A DNA stretch of 64,000 bases from Podarcis erhardii (Eukaryota): assembly GCA_964252035.1 (NCBI GenBank), contig OZ176203.1; one strand, given 5' to 3'. Of the stretch, positions 23,016 through 35,925 are shown one piece after another. The position numbers and the translations under genes were made by a program. The notes beneath the pieces were generated by a model. That model was given only the letters and a program-made list of their open reading frames with translations. It ran no database searches and had not been told where the DNA came from. How positions within the stretch are numbered: position 1 is the first letter of the stretch; each line of letters starts with the position of its first letter.

Positions 23016-23485
23016 TACAAAATCTGTTCGTGTGAAAAAAGCAAGTGGTTCCCAAATGCTCATGCCATAGTGGATTAGCTTGTCTCTAAGGTGCCACAAG
23101 AGCCTTCTGTTAGCAGTCTAGGGGATTATTTGAGGTGATGTGTTTCTCTTCTATAAGGATTGCATTAAGTGCTTATGTTTAGTGTATTTTCCCACATGGA
23201 ATTTTTATTTTTTCATTCTGCTTTGCCAACTTCTCTACCAATCCCATGTCAGTGTTTGTAAAAAGCAAAAAAAGAAAGGAAAAGGTTCTGACCTCCCTTT
23301 GTCTCTTCAGCCTGGTCCTCGGACCCTTATCTGCATAAAAGAGTCCACGAGAATATCCTTGCAGAGTTTTATTCTTAAAAGTCTTTGTGCAAAACACGAC
23401 TGAATAACTATACACACCAGCACTAACTAACTAACCAACCAAAACACCAGCCTCAGCAACCTACTAACATTTCTCACTCTATATA

Positions 23486-23841
23486 CAGTGGTGCCTCGCA
23501 AGACAAAATTAATCTGTTCTGTGAGGCTCTTCGTATAGCGGTTTTTTCGTCTTGCGAAGCAAGCCCATTGACAGCTTAGCGGATTAGCGCTATTAGCGGA
23601 TTAGCGGCTTTTAGCGATCAGCTGTTAAGCGGCTTATCAGCGGATCAGCTGATAAGCGGCTTAGCGGCTTAGGAAAAGGGGGGAAAAAGGGGAAAAACCC
23701 CGCAGGAACTCGCAAGACATTTTCGTCTTGCAAAGCAAGCCCATAGGGAAATTTGTTTTGCGAAGCGCCTCCAAAACGGAAAACCCTTTCGTCTAGCGGG
23801 TTTTCCGTCTTGCAAGGCGTTCGTCTTGCGGGGCACCACTG
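23486..23841. mobile_element. Tc1/mariner-pogo-type MITE (356 bp)
   Basis: TA TSD, TIRs, internal TTAGCGG array. Confidence 0.92.
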
Positions 23842-24069
23842 TATACAACTTGGTGCAGGCCGCTGAGTCATGCAGACCCAGCTTTATTCGCATTAAAGAA
23901 ACAGCGGCCATTTTAGCCGTGACATCCCAGTTCTGCAGCGGGGATTAGTGTATGTGTGAGTGTGTGTGTGAGAGAGAGAGGTATGTACTTGTGTGCTGCA
24001 TGTCTTAAGTGTGTAGGTTCTGTATGTGTGAGGGTATGTGATACAGTCTGGCATAAGGATTTAGAAGCA

Positions 24070-24262
24070 ATCACCAGCCCCTTGAATTAAGCCCAGAAGT
24101 TGATAAGCCGCCAGTGCAACTTCTGCAATGTTGGCTAAAGGTGCTTTCTTCTCCTGACATTTGGCAGTTGCTCAGTGATTTATTGCACCTGCTGTGCTTC
24201 TGAATTGTCTTCAAGGGCAGCCCCGTATAAAGTGCACTGCAGTAGTATACCCTCAAGATGAC
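24070..24262 (-). mobile_element. Old L2 ORF fragment
   Basis: Minus strand YYCSALYTGLPLKTIQK, the L2 C-terminal motif. Confidence 0.75.
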
Positions 24263-24780
24263 GGGAGCTGGCGGAAATGACTGGCAGAATCCGAGACCAG
24301 GGAGAAGAGTTGGTGGAAGAAGATTGGAAAAAATTTAAAGATTATTTACAGAAATATTGTAAAATTAACGAATGTTAGAAAATGATGGAATGATGTTATA
24401 TGGCTTTAGCAGAAATGTGATAAGGAACTAGGTACAGATAGATTGTCAATGTATTAAAGGGAAAAAACAAGGTTAGAATATGTTAAGATAAATTACAGGA
24501 CAGAAAACAGAGGAAGATGGAAAGGAATTGCTGAAACAGTTAATTGAAGTGGAAAACAAAAAGGGAGGTGTGAGGAGGTCGCTGAAACAAGTGAACAAAA
24601 GTTATGATATCGAAATTAATGGATGTGTTTTTAATTGTTTTCGTTTTGTTTGGTTGATTCAATGTTTTAGGGTTTCGGTTGTGTGGTGTTTTTGTTTTTG
24701 TATTGTCTTGTCTTGTTTAATTCTTTTTCTTTTCTTTTGTAATCTTTAAACTGCTAATAAATATTATTTAAAAAAAACAA
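24263..24780 (+). mobile_element. L1-clade LINE 3' end inserted into the L2 fragment
   Basis: ELAEMTGRIRDQ...EDWKKFKDYLQKYC* ORF2 terminus, T-rich 3' UTR, AATAAA 24756, A-tail; TSD CAAGATGAC 24254-62 / 24781-89. Confidence 0.85.
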
Positions 24781-27028
24781 CAAGATGACCAAAGCAGAGA
24801 TAATTATGATGAGATCCCCCTGCAAAATAAGTGGAGCTAATGCACTAGGTGAAACTTACCTTATAAGGGGTGTTTCTGACCACCACCGCTATCTTTCCTA
24901 CAAGCAAAACACAAGGACAATGTGGAACTATCCACGATGAGTCTGTGCTCTGCTTTATAGAGACAAAGTTGTTTTTTGTCTTGATGATGGGAAAAAATGG
25001 GGAAGACGAATCTGTAAATGTTCAAATAAATGATTTTTTCCAATAGATTTTAGAGATGTGGAGATTGCAGTTCTGCAGGCAGCTGTTAGGGAGGAGCAGT
25101 TCACAAGAGAGAACTGCTCTTTGCTCCGGGGTGTTTGATCTCCTCTTGTCAGCTGTGGTTTGACAGCCACAGGAAGCAAAGGCTGCTCTAGCTGAGGTGG
25201 CCTGGCAAGAAAGAGTGATACTGGAGCTCTTTGTGTGTCTGTGTACATATGTCTGCACATGCATGCACACACATGGAATAGGGTGTCTCACCCTGGAGTT
25301 CCTCTGGAGACTGGAACCTTAGTATGTGGCTTCTGTCTAGTTGCTTAAGAGCTTGTTCCTTGGTGCTATCACATTTAGACAGGAGTTTGTGTGCTGTGAA
25401 ACAATATAGAAATTTTCATTCCACTTCCGGTAGGGATAAGACAAAAAGGCCTAGTTGCATGCAGAAATGGCAGATCTTCTTCATGACAGTCTTAATAATA
25501 TTCACACATTTCATAAAGCTCTGGAGCAAATCAGGCTTGGTGACTTACAGTAATTGTAGAAATGTATACAGTACTTTAACCTTTGGCGTAAGTAGTTTAT
25601 ACCATAAAGTACACACAAAGGAGCCTTTGGTGGTCCTGTGCCTTGTTTTCTAACTGAGCTTCTTAGTTTCCTCCCCACTTTTCAATGTGTGATGGATGTT
25701 CTTTACGGCCAAATCAGCCTTTAGAGTTTTCTCTTTTCATCTTGCTGGGTTTTTTTGCGTGGGGTGGGGTGGAGTGAGGGAATGCCTAATGGAGGAGTGG
25801 CTTCTCTTTTGGAGATTTTGGATTGTGGCCTGAGTTAATGTTGACCAAAATTGAATGGAGAGCAGGAAGTTCAGTGTAAAGATATTTTATTAGGAAACTG
25901 AGAAAGGCCAGTTATGATCATATTTTTATTTACAGCATTTTACCAAAACCAGTTTGCATGCCAGAGTTCATTAAGTCATGCTCTCCGGGGGTCCAGGAGC
26001 ACAATACCAGCAGAGTATTTTGTTAGCACTGTCCTAAGTGAGTATATTTGTAAACAGTAGCCAAGGTTATCCATAGCATTTATGCCACATAGGCAGGTTC
26101 TGCCTTGGCAAGGCATGTGTTGGCATCTCCCAGTCCAGATGGCATCTCTAAGAATCTGAGCCATGCAAAACTGTCCCACTGGGCATGATTTGTATTTACA
26201 AATGCAGCTCAGGTCTTCCCTTGCTTCATATCCCAAGGTCTGATCTCTGGCTTCAGTACTTGTTAACATGGATAGATGGCTGATGTCAGTTCCATGAAAT
26301 ATAAGCAGATACTGTACCTACACTAGATCAAAAGGAAACTTCTAGAAAGTAGTTAGTCCTTATTTGACCTTGAATTTGTGTCAAAATATGACTTGTTGAC
26401 AAATGTGCGTGTGCATATGATGGGCCTAAACGTTTGGAGAAGGTTTAAATAAATATATGTACTGGCAGTAACTTTTCTGCATTGGGTTTGGGTTTCCTCT
26501 GTCTTAGCCAGCCTGAGGCATTTTCCTAGCCTCTTTAGTTGTTTCTAGAAAATGCAGACAGTGAGCATATGGAGTGTTTCAACGAAAATGCTGTTCACAC
26601 TAAAAGCCCTGCTCTGAGTTACTGTGGAGCAGGTTTCTAAGAGATCATTTCCTTCTTCCTCAGAGTGACCAAGACCCTCATTCTCCATGACAGCGTGGCA
26701 GCTGTCAAGTCCCCAAAGGCCTTGTCCACCAACCTCTCTCAGCTTCTGCAGGTCAACCATTTTGGCCTTGGGAGAATGAACTTGGTTCCCTGAGGGCCAG
26801 GAACGTATTGCACTAAGCACACCCCCACGACTTCTGTCCAGAAGGCAGACAGCTGCATTTATAGTATTCTGTACAATACACTGCATGCTGTGCCCCAGCT
26901 GGCTTTCTCTCTGCATATCTGTTTTTACAGGTTATTGAGTTAGTTTCCTTTGGGAACTTAGGATTTGTAGTGAGGAGAGTAGTCTTCCCTGTCCTCCTTG
27001 CTCTGCTGTTGAATTCACTCTGCTGCTT

Positions 27029-27517
27029 TGTCACTGGGGCTGAGATGCCACATCTGGTGAGACTTTCCTCTTGCTCATCCAGTGGGCTTCTTCTCTGGGT
27101 GGTTCCGAATTTAAAGTCCTGACTGGCTTCCCTCTAGGTTTTGATGACTAAGCTGTCCGGGAGAGGCAAACGGGAAAAGATGAAAGGACAGAAACCAGCA
27201 GTTATAGAGAGCCTAAAGAGATTATCAGCAGCTTGTCGTCTGACAATCAGTCTGACGTAGAGGGGGAGGAGGATGAGCCTGGGACAAGTCATGCTGTACA
27301 CAGAGGAAGTAAGGGGAGGAGTTTTCGCAGACTTGCATGCTGGGTGCGGAAAAGGAGGAAGTAACATTAGAGGGAGCAACTGCGCACAAGGGGAAGAAGG
27401 TTAATGGAAACGCTGGAGATGTACGTTTGAACTTTGTCAAATAAATCAATTGTTTGGAACTGGCTGGGAGCCCGGAGTCTTATCTATGGCCAGCTGGACA
27501 GCACTAAGCCTCTGACA
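27029..27517 (+). mobile_element. Possible solo LTR (TGTCA...TGACA, 489 bp)
   Basis: Terminal inverted pentamers, internal AATAAA (~27440), LTR-like purine-rich body. No TSD found. Confidence 0.45.
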
Positions 27518-27704
27518 TAAGCGGTATATAAATCCTGTTACATAAATAAATGGCACCAGGTCATTGACATGTGGGTGGCCTCCTCCACCTGTCAGTGTTG
27601 GCCGGTGGGCTCTTGAATCTAGGATCTCTAAAGTATGGTGTGTGTCCCTCCTTTTGTGTTTTAAAGAGCCCTTGTGATTGTAACACCAACCCTACATTTT
27701 ATAG

Positions 27705-27752
27705 GCAGCAATAGAAACTAATGGGGAGCAGCAAAAGAAACTAATGGGGAGC
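27705..27752. repeat. 23-bp tandem duplication GCAGCAA(T/A)AGAAACTAATGGGGA
   Basis: Copies at 27705-27727 and 27728-27750, one mismatch. Confidence 0.9.
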
Positions 27753-28689
27753 CATAGAGGTTCCCAGTGTTTCCTCAGGGGCCTTGATCACCCCTTCCAG
27801 CAGTAAACTTGTGTGCTTGTAATTTGGAAACGAAACAGCACTATCCAAAAACAATAGTGGCTTCCTCTACATATTCAGGGGACACCCTTGGTACACAGGG
27901 TTTTATATATATATTTTTAAAAAAATCACCTGTTTGTGTAATCCAGTAAACTGCATAAACTTACTACTCCAAGTTGAGTCTTGGGAAGTGGGGGCATGCA
28001 GATAAAATGTGTGAGTCCTTTGAGAGTTATGACTGGCATGTAGGCAGTTACAGAAAAAACAACTGATATGGGGCTTCATACATGACATTTTAATGTGCTG
28101 CTTTGTGAACCTGATGGCTTGTAACAGGTTACTGTGTAGAATTACTAAAGCCCAATATTACAAATGCCTGTTTTGCATGTTTCTATTTCAGCCGCGTCGT
28201 TTTGTGTACATTAGCACAGGATTCCAAGCCAGCTTCCCACATATTTCCTGTCAACTAACTGCTTTTTATGCTGGAAGACTCACACATTGAAGGAAAAGGC
28301 CTTCTAGAATTCTAGAATGAGGAAATGTTGCAGCTCAGAACTTGTGTGAAATCCAAGCTTGCCTCAGTTGTGCCACAAGTAAACCAGGGCATTTTGTTGC
28401 CGATTTGAAGTGAGCATTCTGCTTTTTCTTGATTTTTCTGCTGACTTATATTTTCCTTTGCTTTAAATTGGAGAGCGTAGCTAAAAAGAGCTGTTATTTC
28501 CTATAGTTGTGGTCTCTCTGAAGTCCTGGAAAGAGCTGTGAGGGACATTACTTGTGCTTTCTTGAGGAAATAGTATGTTTAGCATTGACCGTAGTCCTGG
28601 CTTTTCAGTCTTCTATAACTATCAGACATGCTGCTCTGAAGGTTGAGTAATGCCTTGGTTTTTATTCTTCCAAGCAGGTGCAGCGATTA

Positions 28690-28863
28690 ACATTTTGCAG
28701 TGGTCTCCCTCAGAAGGTGGTGGACTCTCCTTCCTTGGAGGTTTTATGGCAGAGGCTGGATGGCCATCTGTCATTATGCTTTATTTGAGATTTCCTACAT
28801 TGCAGGGGGTTGGACTGGATGATCCCTGGAATCCCTTCCAACTCTGCAGTTCTGTGAGTCTAT
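28690..28863 (+). mobile_element. CR1 3' end
   Basis: TCTCCTTCCTTGGAGGTTTT...GGGTTGGACT.GATG...CCCTTCCAACTCT terminus. Confidence 0.75.
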
Positions 28864-30791
28864 AAATATATGACACTCAATTAGTCAAACTGTTAAACAC
28901 TTGTGTTTCTGTATAATATAGATAGATAACTTGCTTCCACCTGGAAGCTGCATATATTTCTCCAGGAGGGTTTTCCCATCATCATTTTATTTGTATGCCA
29001 TCTTTCCATAATTAAAACCATGCTCAATGCGTCTTACAACATAACAAGATTTACATAATTACAAACGTAACAGAAATAGTCAGAATAAATGAAACACATC
29101 AAAAAGTACACAACTGAATTGAAACAGTGTCCACATAAATCATAAGAATAAATCTTCCAGGACTTGCAAGACCCTCCAGAATGCTGTGATGCCATGTTGC
29201 CAGAAGCACTGAGGGTCCCCCAGGGTTTTGCGCTTTTTTTTTTTTTTAAACTGACTGCTCCTATAGGTACTCTGTTGTGATACTGTGATGCCCAAAGGTT
29301 TTTGCAAGGGGCCCAAAGCCCCTCAAGAATTGCCACAGAATATCTTGGCCTGTGGTCCCTGAAGGGTTTGACCATGGGTCACTGTGGTCCTTCACATAAG
29401 AAATGGTTAGCCACTGCTGATGCAAAATAACAGCAAGGAGTAAAAATATTTGACACATAAGACAAAACACTAGGAAGGAAACACTAGGCTCAAAACTTCC
29501 ATGCCTATGGTTTTCAATGGTTGGTTCCAGGTTTTCCCCTTCCCTTTGATGTTGGTTCATAACAAGGTTCAAAGAAGGCCTGTCATTAGTAACAAGTGGC
29601 AAGTCAAAACAGATTGAATGACATCCCATTCTGCCCCCCTTCCCAGGCCAAATAAGAGGGGCAAATAGCAGCCCTATCTTAGGGCAGGCTAAATCTTGTT
29701 TTGGTTGGGGTTGCAAGAGGGGCCTTGTGTTTGCTTTGCTTCTGGACAGTTGTTTTCCTATTTCTTCTTCAAAGTCGCTGTTTGCAAAAGCCCTACTTTT
29801 ACTAAAGGTTCTCAATACTCCATGAGCTTGTTTAGTTTCCGTGCTAGTTTTGTATGCGGAGATCGTAACAACAGGAAGCCTCTGTGATCCACTATTTTGT
29901 CACAACTGTTCCTCTCCACTTGGAGCCAGTCCAGGCATTCCCAGGTCATTTTTTAGACTTTTGAATAGCACGGTACTGTCATATGTATACTTGTAGGGGT
30001 TTGCATATTTGAATGTTCACTAGCATGTTTTGCCTATGCGTTGTCTAAAAGCTTTCAAATATACAGTCATCCTCCTAGACGTCTAAGATGGTACAGTCCT
30101 CTGTGCCTGTTTTTGTTTTAAAGAAAACAGACTGGCCTTGGCCAGGGCAAAAGATAACTGACTCAGCTTTTACAAAATCATTGCAGGATGTGGGGGTAGA
30201 AAGACTGGTAGCTGGAGAAGTGGAGCTGTCATGATGGATTGGTTTTATATTGCTGAAAGAAATCCTGTTTGAATCAAGTTCCCCATTGGTATGTCACATT
30301 AATACAGAAAAATGCATACTATTTGACTGGCCTAACCATGAAACATTGTTAATACAAACGTTGTTGGCCGGCCCTTCATATGAGCCTACATTTACAGTCT
30401 TGCTATCAAGGAATAACACTAAACCTTTCTGCGAGCCTTAGCATTGCATTTTCTGCTGGTTAAGAGATCTGAGGTAGGCTAAGGAGCCATGAAAGCAATA
30501 AGTGTGTTTCTCTCTCTTTACCTGTAAAAACATTGAACAAAGCCAGATACTTGAGTAATAGCTGTCCAGAACTTTAAAGAAGCAAGGGCTGATTATAAAG
30601 CTTTAAGCCCACTTTCCCTTTTATCGGAGGAGCTGAGGTTCCCACAAGGGACAGAACAGATACTCTTTTATGTTATTTGCTGTTGGAGTGTGATTTCTTG
30701 ATGGGGAGTGAAAATTAATTTCAAACTTTAAATTCTTTCACCCTTTCTCTTGGCCTTTTTAGGTTGGAAGGTAACCTGGCAAAGCACCAAG

Positions 30792-30833
30792 ATGTCGCTT
30801 CACAACACGAGAGCCTCAGCTCTCCTTGCTTGG
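30792..30833 (+). CDS. NUMA1: NuMA coding exon 1 (exon 30763-30833), MSLHNTRASALLAW
   Basis: Acceptor ttttt-AG 30761-62, ATG 30792 (ccaagATG), donor GTAAGA 30834. Matches the recalled human N-terminus MTLHATRGAALLSW. Confidence 0.92.
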
Positions 30834-32466
30834 GTAAGATGCCTCTTCTTTATTCTTTGTAGCTGCTTAGGATGTGGCCACACCTTGTGCTCTGGTGCCT
30901 TCTTTTCCCTCTGCGCTAACTGTGCTCTGTTATCCTTGTCCAAAGTGCTTTGTATAGCTGACAGTTCCCTTTGCGACACTGCGTTTTTGATCCAGCAGAT
31001 CTTCCCTGTGAGAAACAAGTTACTGGGATGTAAAACATCTTACTTTAGGAAAGGCAAAACTGGCAGTAAAAACAGGGCAGTTGTAGCGAGAGAACCAGCT
31101 GTGTTTCAGTGACAAAACGGGCAATGAGATGTCCGTAACTCAATTGTAGGGCATCTTTTTTTTCTTTTTCTTTTCTTTTTTTGGTACACAGAAGGTTCTG
31201 GGTTCAGTTCCCAGAGTCTCCAGGTAGGGTTGAGGGAGACCTCTGCCTGAAGCCCTGGAGAGTGTTTAGTGTAAATTTTAAGTTGTCAGTTAACATGGTT
31301 TATTAGCCACATCCGCTCCATTATTTAGAAAATGTGCATAGAAGTATGCATGGGGAACTAGATTTAAGTCAGCTTCTCCCCCCCCCCCCATGTATGTAAT
31401 GGGTTTAAATCAATGGCACCCTGAGGAAGCATGTCATTTGGGGGGGGGTTCTTTCCTTAGATGCTCTGTAAAGCTTTCAGATATGCTTAGTTCAGATAAG
31501 TATTGAGACCTTGGATTTAATCCAAAACTTCTGGATTTTATTTGCTTTTTATCAGGAAAGGGGTGGAGATGAGGAGTTGGACCTCTTTTTGAATGCCTAG
31601 AAAGCTCCTGGTGCTTCCTGGACGTTATGTTAATTGTCAGTTGCTCCCACTCCCTCAGACCCCTTAAAGATATTGATGAGATTTACGCATGTTTGGAAAA
31701 GGCCATGGTTAATGTGAGAGCTGTTTAAATTAAGTCTCCCGTAACTAGGAAAAAAATTCAGATACCCCCAGGCAGTCATGAAGAATGAGGGTTCATCGGA
31801 GCAATGTTGTTCAGTGGTTCCCATATAGAACTGTTTGTATTAGTTCCTACGTGGGGTTAAGGCACCAAGGCAGGGCACGTAAGAAAATCCCTGCTGAAAC
31901 GATATAAATGTCTATCTGGTCCATCACTGTGAGCACCCAGAGCCCTCTGAGACGCTCACAAGCAGGACATGAGAGTACCATCCTTCTCCCACTGGTAACT
32001 GAGGCCTGCTGTCTCCTCTGGAGGTAGCATCTGGCCACTGGGACTTGTAGACTAAAATCCATGTAGAGTTGTATCAAGCAGGAGGCAAGGAAAGGAAATA
32101 ATTTGTACTTCTTCTGCACCCTATTCCAAAGCCTCATGATCAGTTGTGATGTACCCATTAAGTTTTTTGCTTTATGGCAGATGGGTAGGGCATGTTCCTG
32201 TTGATGTGCTGAAGGCTATTATCTATCACTCATCTTTATGTCTGATCTGAGATCCTTCCATCTCCTAGTGCAAGGTGTATGTAGTGCTTGTATGTTTTCC
32301 TTAATGGGGTTTCCACCAAGCTTATGTGTGGGTAAACTCCAATTGGCACATTACCACAAGTTTCAGAATTGATACACTGACTGAGCTGTAAGATGCTGAC
32401 CTTATTCCTTAACTTGCCAGCAAGTGGATTTCTAGCCTGTGATTTGATTCATCTTCTCTTCTTCAG

Positions 32467-32552
32467 GTGAACAGTCTGAAGCTGGATGATACCCTGAATT
32501 CATTGTCTCAGCTCCAAGACTGCAGCATCTTCATCAAGATAATCAACAAAAT
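32467..32552 (+). CDS. NUMA1: NuMA coding exon 2, VNSLKLDDTLNSLSQLQDCSIFIKIINK(I)
   Basis: cttcAG acceptor, GTAAGA donor, 86 nt. QLQDCSIFIKII motif of the N-terminal Hook/CH domain. Confidence 0.95.
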
Positions 32553-32816
32553 GTAAGAGGCACCGAGGACACCTTCCTTTTTCCTTGCTATACTGTGAAG
32601 TCAGTGTGCATTGCAATGTTGTTGTTTTTTAAGTCTTGTAGGGACAGAGGCTGAATGCTACAGCCAGTGAACAGCAGTAGCAAATAATGTACAAAAAGTG
32701 ATCAGTATAACTGCTAGTCATAAAGATGATCAAGCTTTGAAGAGCCCTGCAGGCGCATCCCCTGGTGCTGGAAAACCTTTTAGTTAGTTCCCATCCCTCT
32801 AGTGCTTTTACCTCTA

Positions 32817-33085
32817 CAGTGGTGCCCCACAAGACGAAATTAATCTGTTCCGCGAGTCTCTTCGTCTTGCGGTTTTTTCGTCTTGCGAAGCACGGCTATT
32901 AGCGGCTTAGCGGCTATTAGCGGCTTAGCGGCTTTAAGAAAAAGGAAACAAACTCGCGAGACATTTCGTCTTGCGAAGCAAGCCCATAGGGAAATTCGTC
33001 TTGCGGAACGACTCAAAAAATGGAAAACTCTTTCGTCTTGCGCCTTTTTCATCTTGCGAGGCATTCGTCTTGCGAGGTACCACTG
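32817..33085. mobile_element. Tc1/mariner-pogo-type MITE (269 bp)
   Basis: TA TSD, TIRs, TTAGCGG repeats. Confidence 0.9.
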
Positions 33086-34629
33086 TATGCTGTAGGCCAC
33101 TCTTTGCAGTAACAAGTGCTTGGAAACCAGCTGCTTTAATAATGCACCTCCCTCCGAATGCTAATACAGAATTATGTACTTGTGTAAATTCTCATTTCCC
33201 CATAGCCCTGACAGTGAGCTTCCTCCCTTCCAGTGTTGTTCAAGTGCATAGGTGAAATCTGTAGCACTTTCAGAGTCTTAGGAATAACCGTAGTGGAACT
33301 CGGAGGTTTTAAGGAATAGTAGCCTGTTTGCTGTTGATTACATTCTTTGTCTCTTAATTGGATTCTGAATTAAATGCAGAACATATTCTGATACAGTGTT
33401 TTTTTTTATTTGATGAAAGTTATTTTTGTACTTTACATCCTAAGCTGGGAGAGCCTCTCTTGATGCACCTATTGTTACCTGTCCTGCTGGACAGCTGGAG
33501 GTGCATTTAAGAAATGATTCCCAGTTGTGTAGGAGGAGGTAGTGAAGAGGACTTCCTTCAGAGCCTGTATTTACTCAAAGCCTACTTAATCCCATTCCAT
33601 CTGGTTTTGAACTCTGATAAACAAATCCATGAAACAAGCTGCGAGGTTAGGCCCTTTTCCTGCACTGTAAGGACTTTGGGGTTTGTGTAAAAGTTTGGGG
33701 AGGATGAGGAGACTCGGTTCAAAAACTGTAAATGATCTGTACCTCAGTTTATGAAGTACTGTGTGTAAAAGTGGTGTCAGGTTTTCTTTTAAGCCTCCTG
33801 CTGGATTTCAGGAATTAGTGGTGTCCCTCCATTGCAGTTCTGTATATACTTAATTTTCATCTTCTCTTGGTAATTGTTCTAGGAGCATATTAGAGGTGTG
33901 CAGGCAGCCTCACAATTTCTCTTGAAATGGTTGAAAGCACAAAGCACCCTGAAATTCAGCTTATACTGCCCAGATACCATCTTAATGTTTTATCTGTCTG
34001 GTGTTTTCATCATGCTAAGATGCTTAAACTACTTTTCTACAAATGTACCCAAAGAAACATATAAAAATAAATGCTAACTACTAGAATGTTGCAGGCAACC
34101 AAACAATCACAAAACAAACAGCAGACAAAAGTCAGAACTCTAAAACAGGAGGGCACCATTAAAAGTATTGTTAAATTTTGTTTTAAAAGTGTTACTCTGA
34201 TATCCAAGTACTGATAAGAAGGTGCTGAACAATTTTGTTGGTGTTCCAAAAATGAGGTGCCACCATGCTCTCCCCACCAGACCGTGGAAGGTTTCAGAGG
34301 TTAGTCACATGTGGGTGAAGGTGACCCTCAATGTACTCGGTCCCAAGGTATTCACCACCCTGGATTCCTTTTGGGAGGAAGGGTGGGATATGAATTGAAT
34401 CTTAATAAATTTGCTATTCTATACCTGCCTGGTTCAAGCACCTTGCAGTGAAGCAAATCCCTTCCTTGAATTTTTAGAGCTAACATTTTAATTCTTGGCA
34501 GTTTGCTGTGTCAGACTCTGAAGCTGTTTGGGTTCTGCTGAGCAGCCTGAGCTCAGAGTAGATGAGTGTGGGTGCTTGGCTGAAAAAATGCCACTGATCA
34601 AACGTCCTAAAATTGTGAAGCGTGGAACT

Positions 34630-34778
34630 GGGATAGCTCAAAAGTTGGTAGAGCATGAGCCTCTTGATCTCAGGGTTGTGGGTTCAAGACCCACATTGAG
34701 CAGAGGGTTCCTGCATTGCAGAGGGTTGGGCTAGATGACCCTTGCGGTCCTTTTCCAACTCTGCAGCTCCATGATTCT
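34630..34778 (+). mobile_element. tRNA-Lys-derived SINE with CR1-type tail
   Basis: Head TAGCTCA..GTTGGTAGAGCATGAG.CTCTTGATCTCAGGGTTGTGGGTTCAAG, followed directly by a CR1 3' end. Confidence 0.8.
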
Positions 34779-35845
34779 CAGATTGTTGTTTCAGGCAGTA
34801 TAGTACAGGGGTTGTTCCAGGCTTGACTCTTAGTGTCGCAAACTTGAGAAGCAGCACAATTGGCTCCCCCTCGTGGCTCTTTTGGGTGCATCATTGTGAA
34901 GTCTCTAGTGGGCGTTGCTCACAATGTAAACAAGGAAGTAAACAGAATCTAATCGTTAGTAATTAAGTCTGGGGAGTTCTGCAAAGGATAAGTGGAGGAC
35001 ACCAGGGATAGCTGTTGTCTTTCTGAGGGTTCATTTTGTGTTCTGGTCTGTGTTAGTCTTGCAGTCTGATCATCAAGTCTTTTCCCCACCCACCGTTCCC
35101 AGTATGAACCCAGTCAGATGCTCCCATAGTTTCTGGTCATACAGAGATACCAATGACATTGATAAGCAGCTGGCAATTGTGGTGTTTCCCACTGCTGCCT
35201 TTTCAAGAACAATCAGATCAGCTTTCCCCAACCTGGTGCCCTCCGGATGTTTTGGACTACAACTGCTATCAGGCCCAGCACCATATGGTCATGATCATTG
35301 GGACTCATGGGAGTTGTAGTCCAAATCAACAGGAGATCATGGGGAGGGCTTGATTGGACAGCTTTAGGGACTGATACATCATTTAATCTTCTATGTTCAT
35401 AGGAAGTCTATTTCAGATTGCTTTATTGTATGAATGCCCTTTACGAAGCAAGCAAAAAAAATCCTTTGCTTTGTCTTTTAGCTAGATCTCCTGCTTCATT
35501 AATGGCGTAATAGCTTAAAAATGCATACTCTTTTTCACTTAATGACACTTCTCCCTGCCCACAAATACACCAGCCTGCTTTGAATTGGAACTAGTTGTAC
35601 CCAGACTACTTCCCTGTCCAGTTTCGCAAGGGAAACGGCTACCGTTTTACCATGTTACATAGCTTCAGGCTTCAAAGAGGTCCATTCTAGGTGCCACAGT
35701 AAACAGGCTGGACTGTAGATGTGAACTGCATTAATGTGTGTCCCTCTTCCTCATTTGTTTCCGATTCTCATCATCCCTCTGGTCAAATAGTTCATCAGGA
35801 ATGACTCTGTCTCTCTGTTGAAGTGCTTGCTTTGTTCTCTTCCAG

Positions 35846-35925
35846 TCATGGCTCTGAAGAGGGACGGGACCCTTTGCAGCAGAGTTTGCCAGACCGGGTT
35901 GCCTATGTCGTCGGCTTTCTCAAGA
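35846..35925 (+). CDS. NUMA1: NuMA coding exon 3, HGSEEGRDPLQQSLPDRVAYVVGFLK
   Basis: ttccAG / GTAAGA, 80 nt, phase-compatible with neighbours. Homologous to HGTEEGQQILKQPVSERLDFVCSFLQ. Confidence 0.92.

Noticed and set aside
34630-34705. tRNA-Lys-like sequence
   Set aside because: Degenerate stems, and it is fused directly to a CR1-type tail, so it is a SINE head rather than a tRNA gene. The same applies to the heads at 20056, 40589 and 62357.
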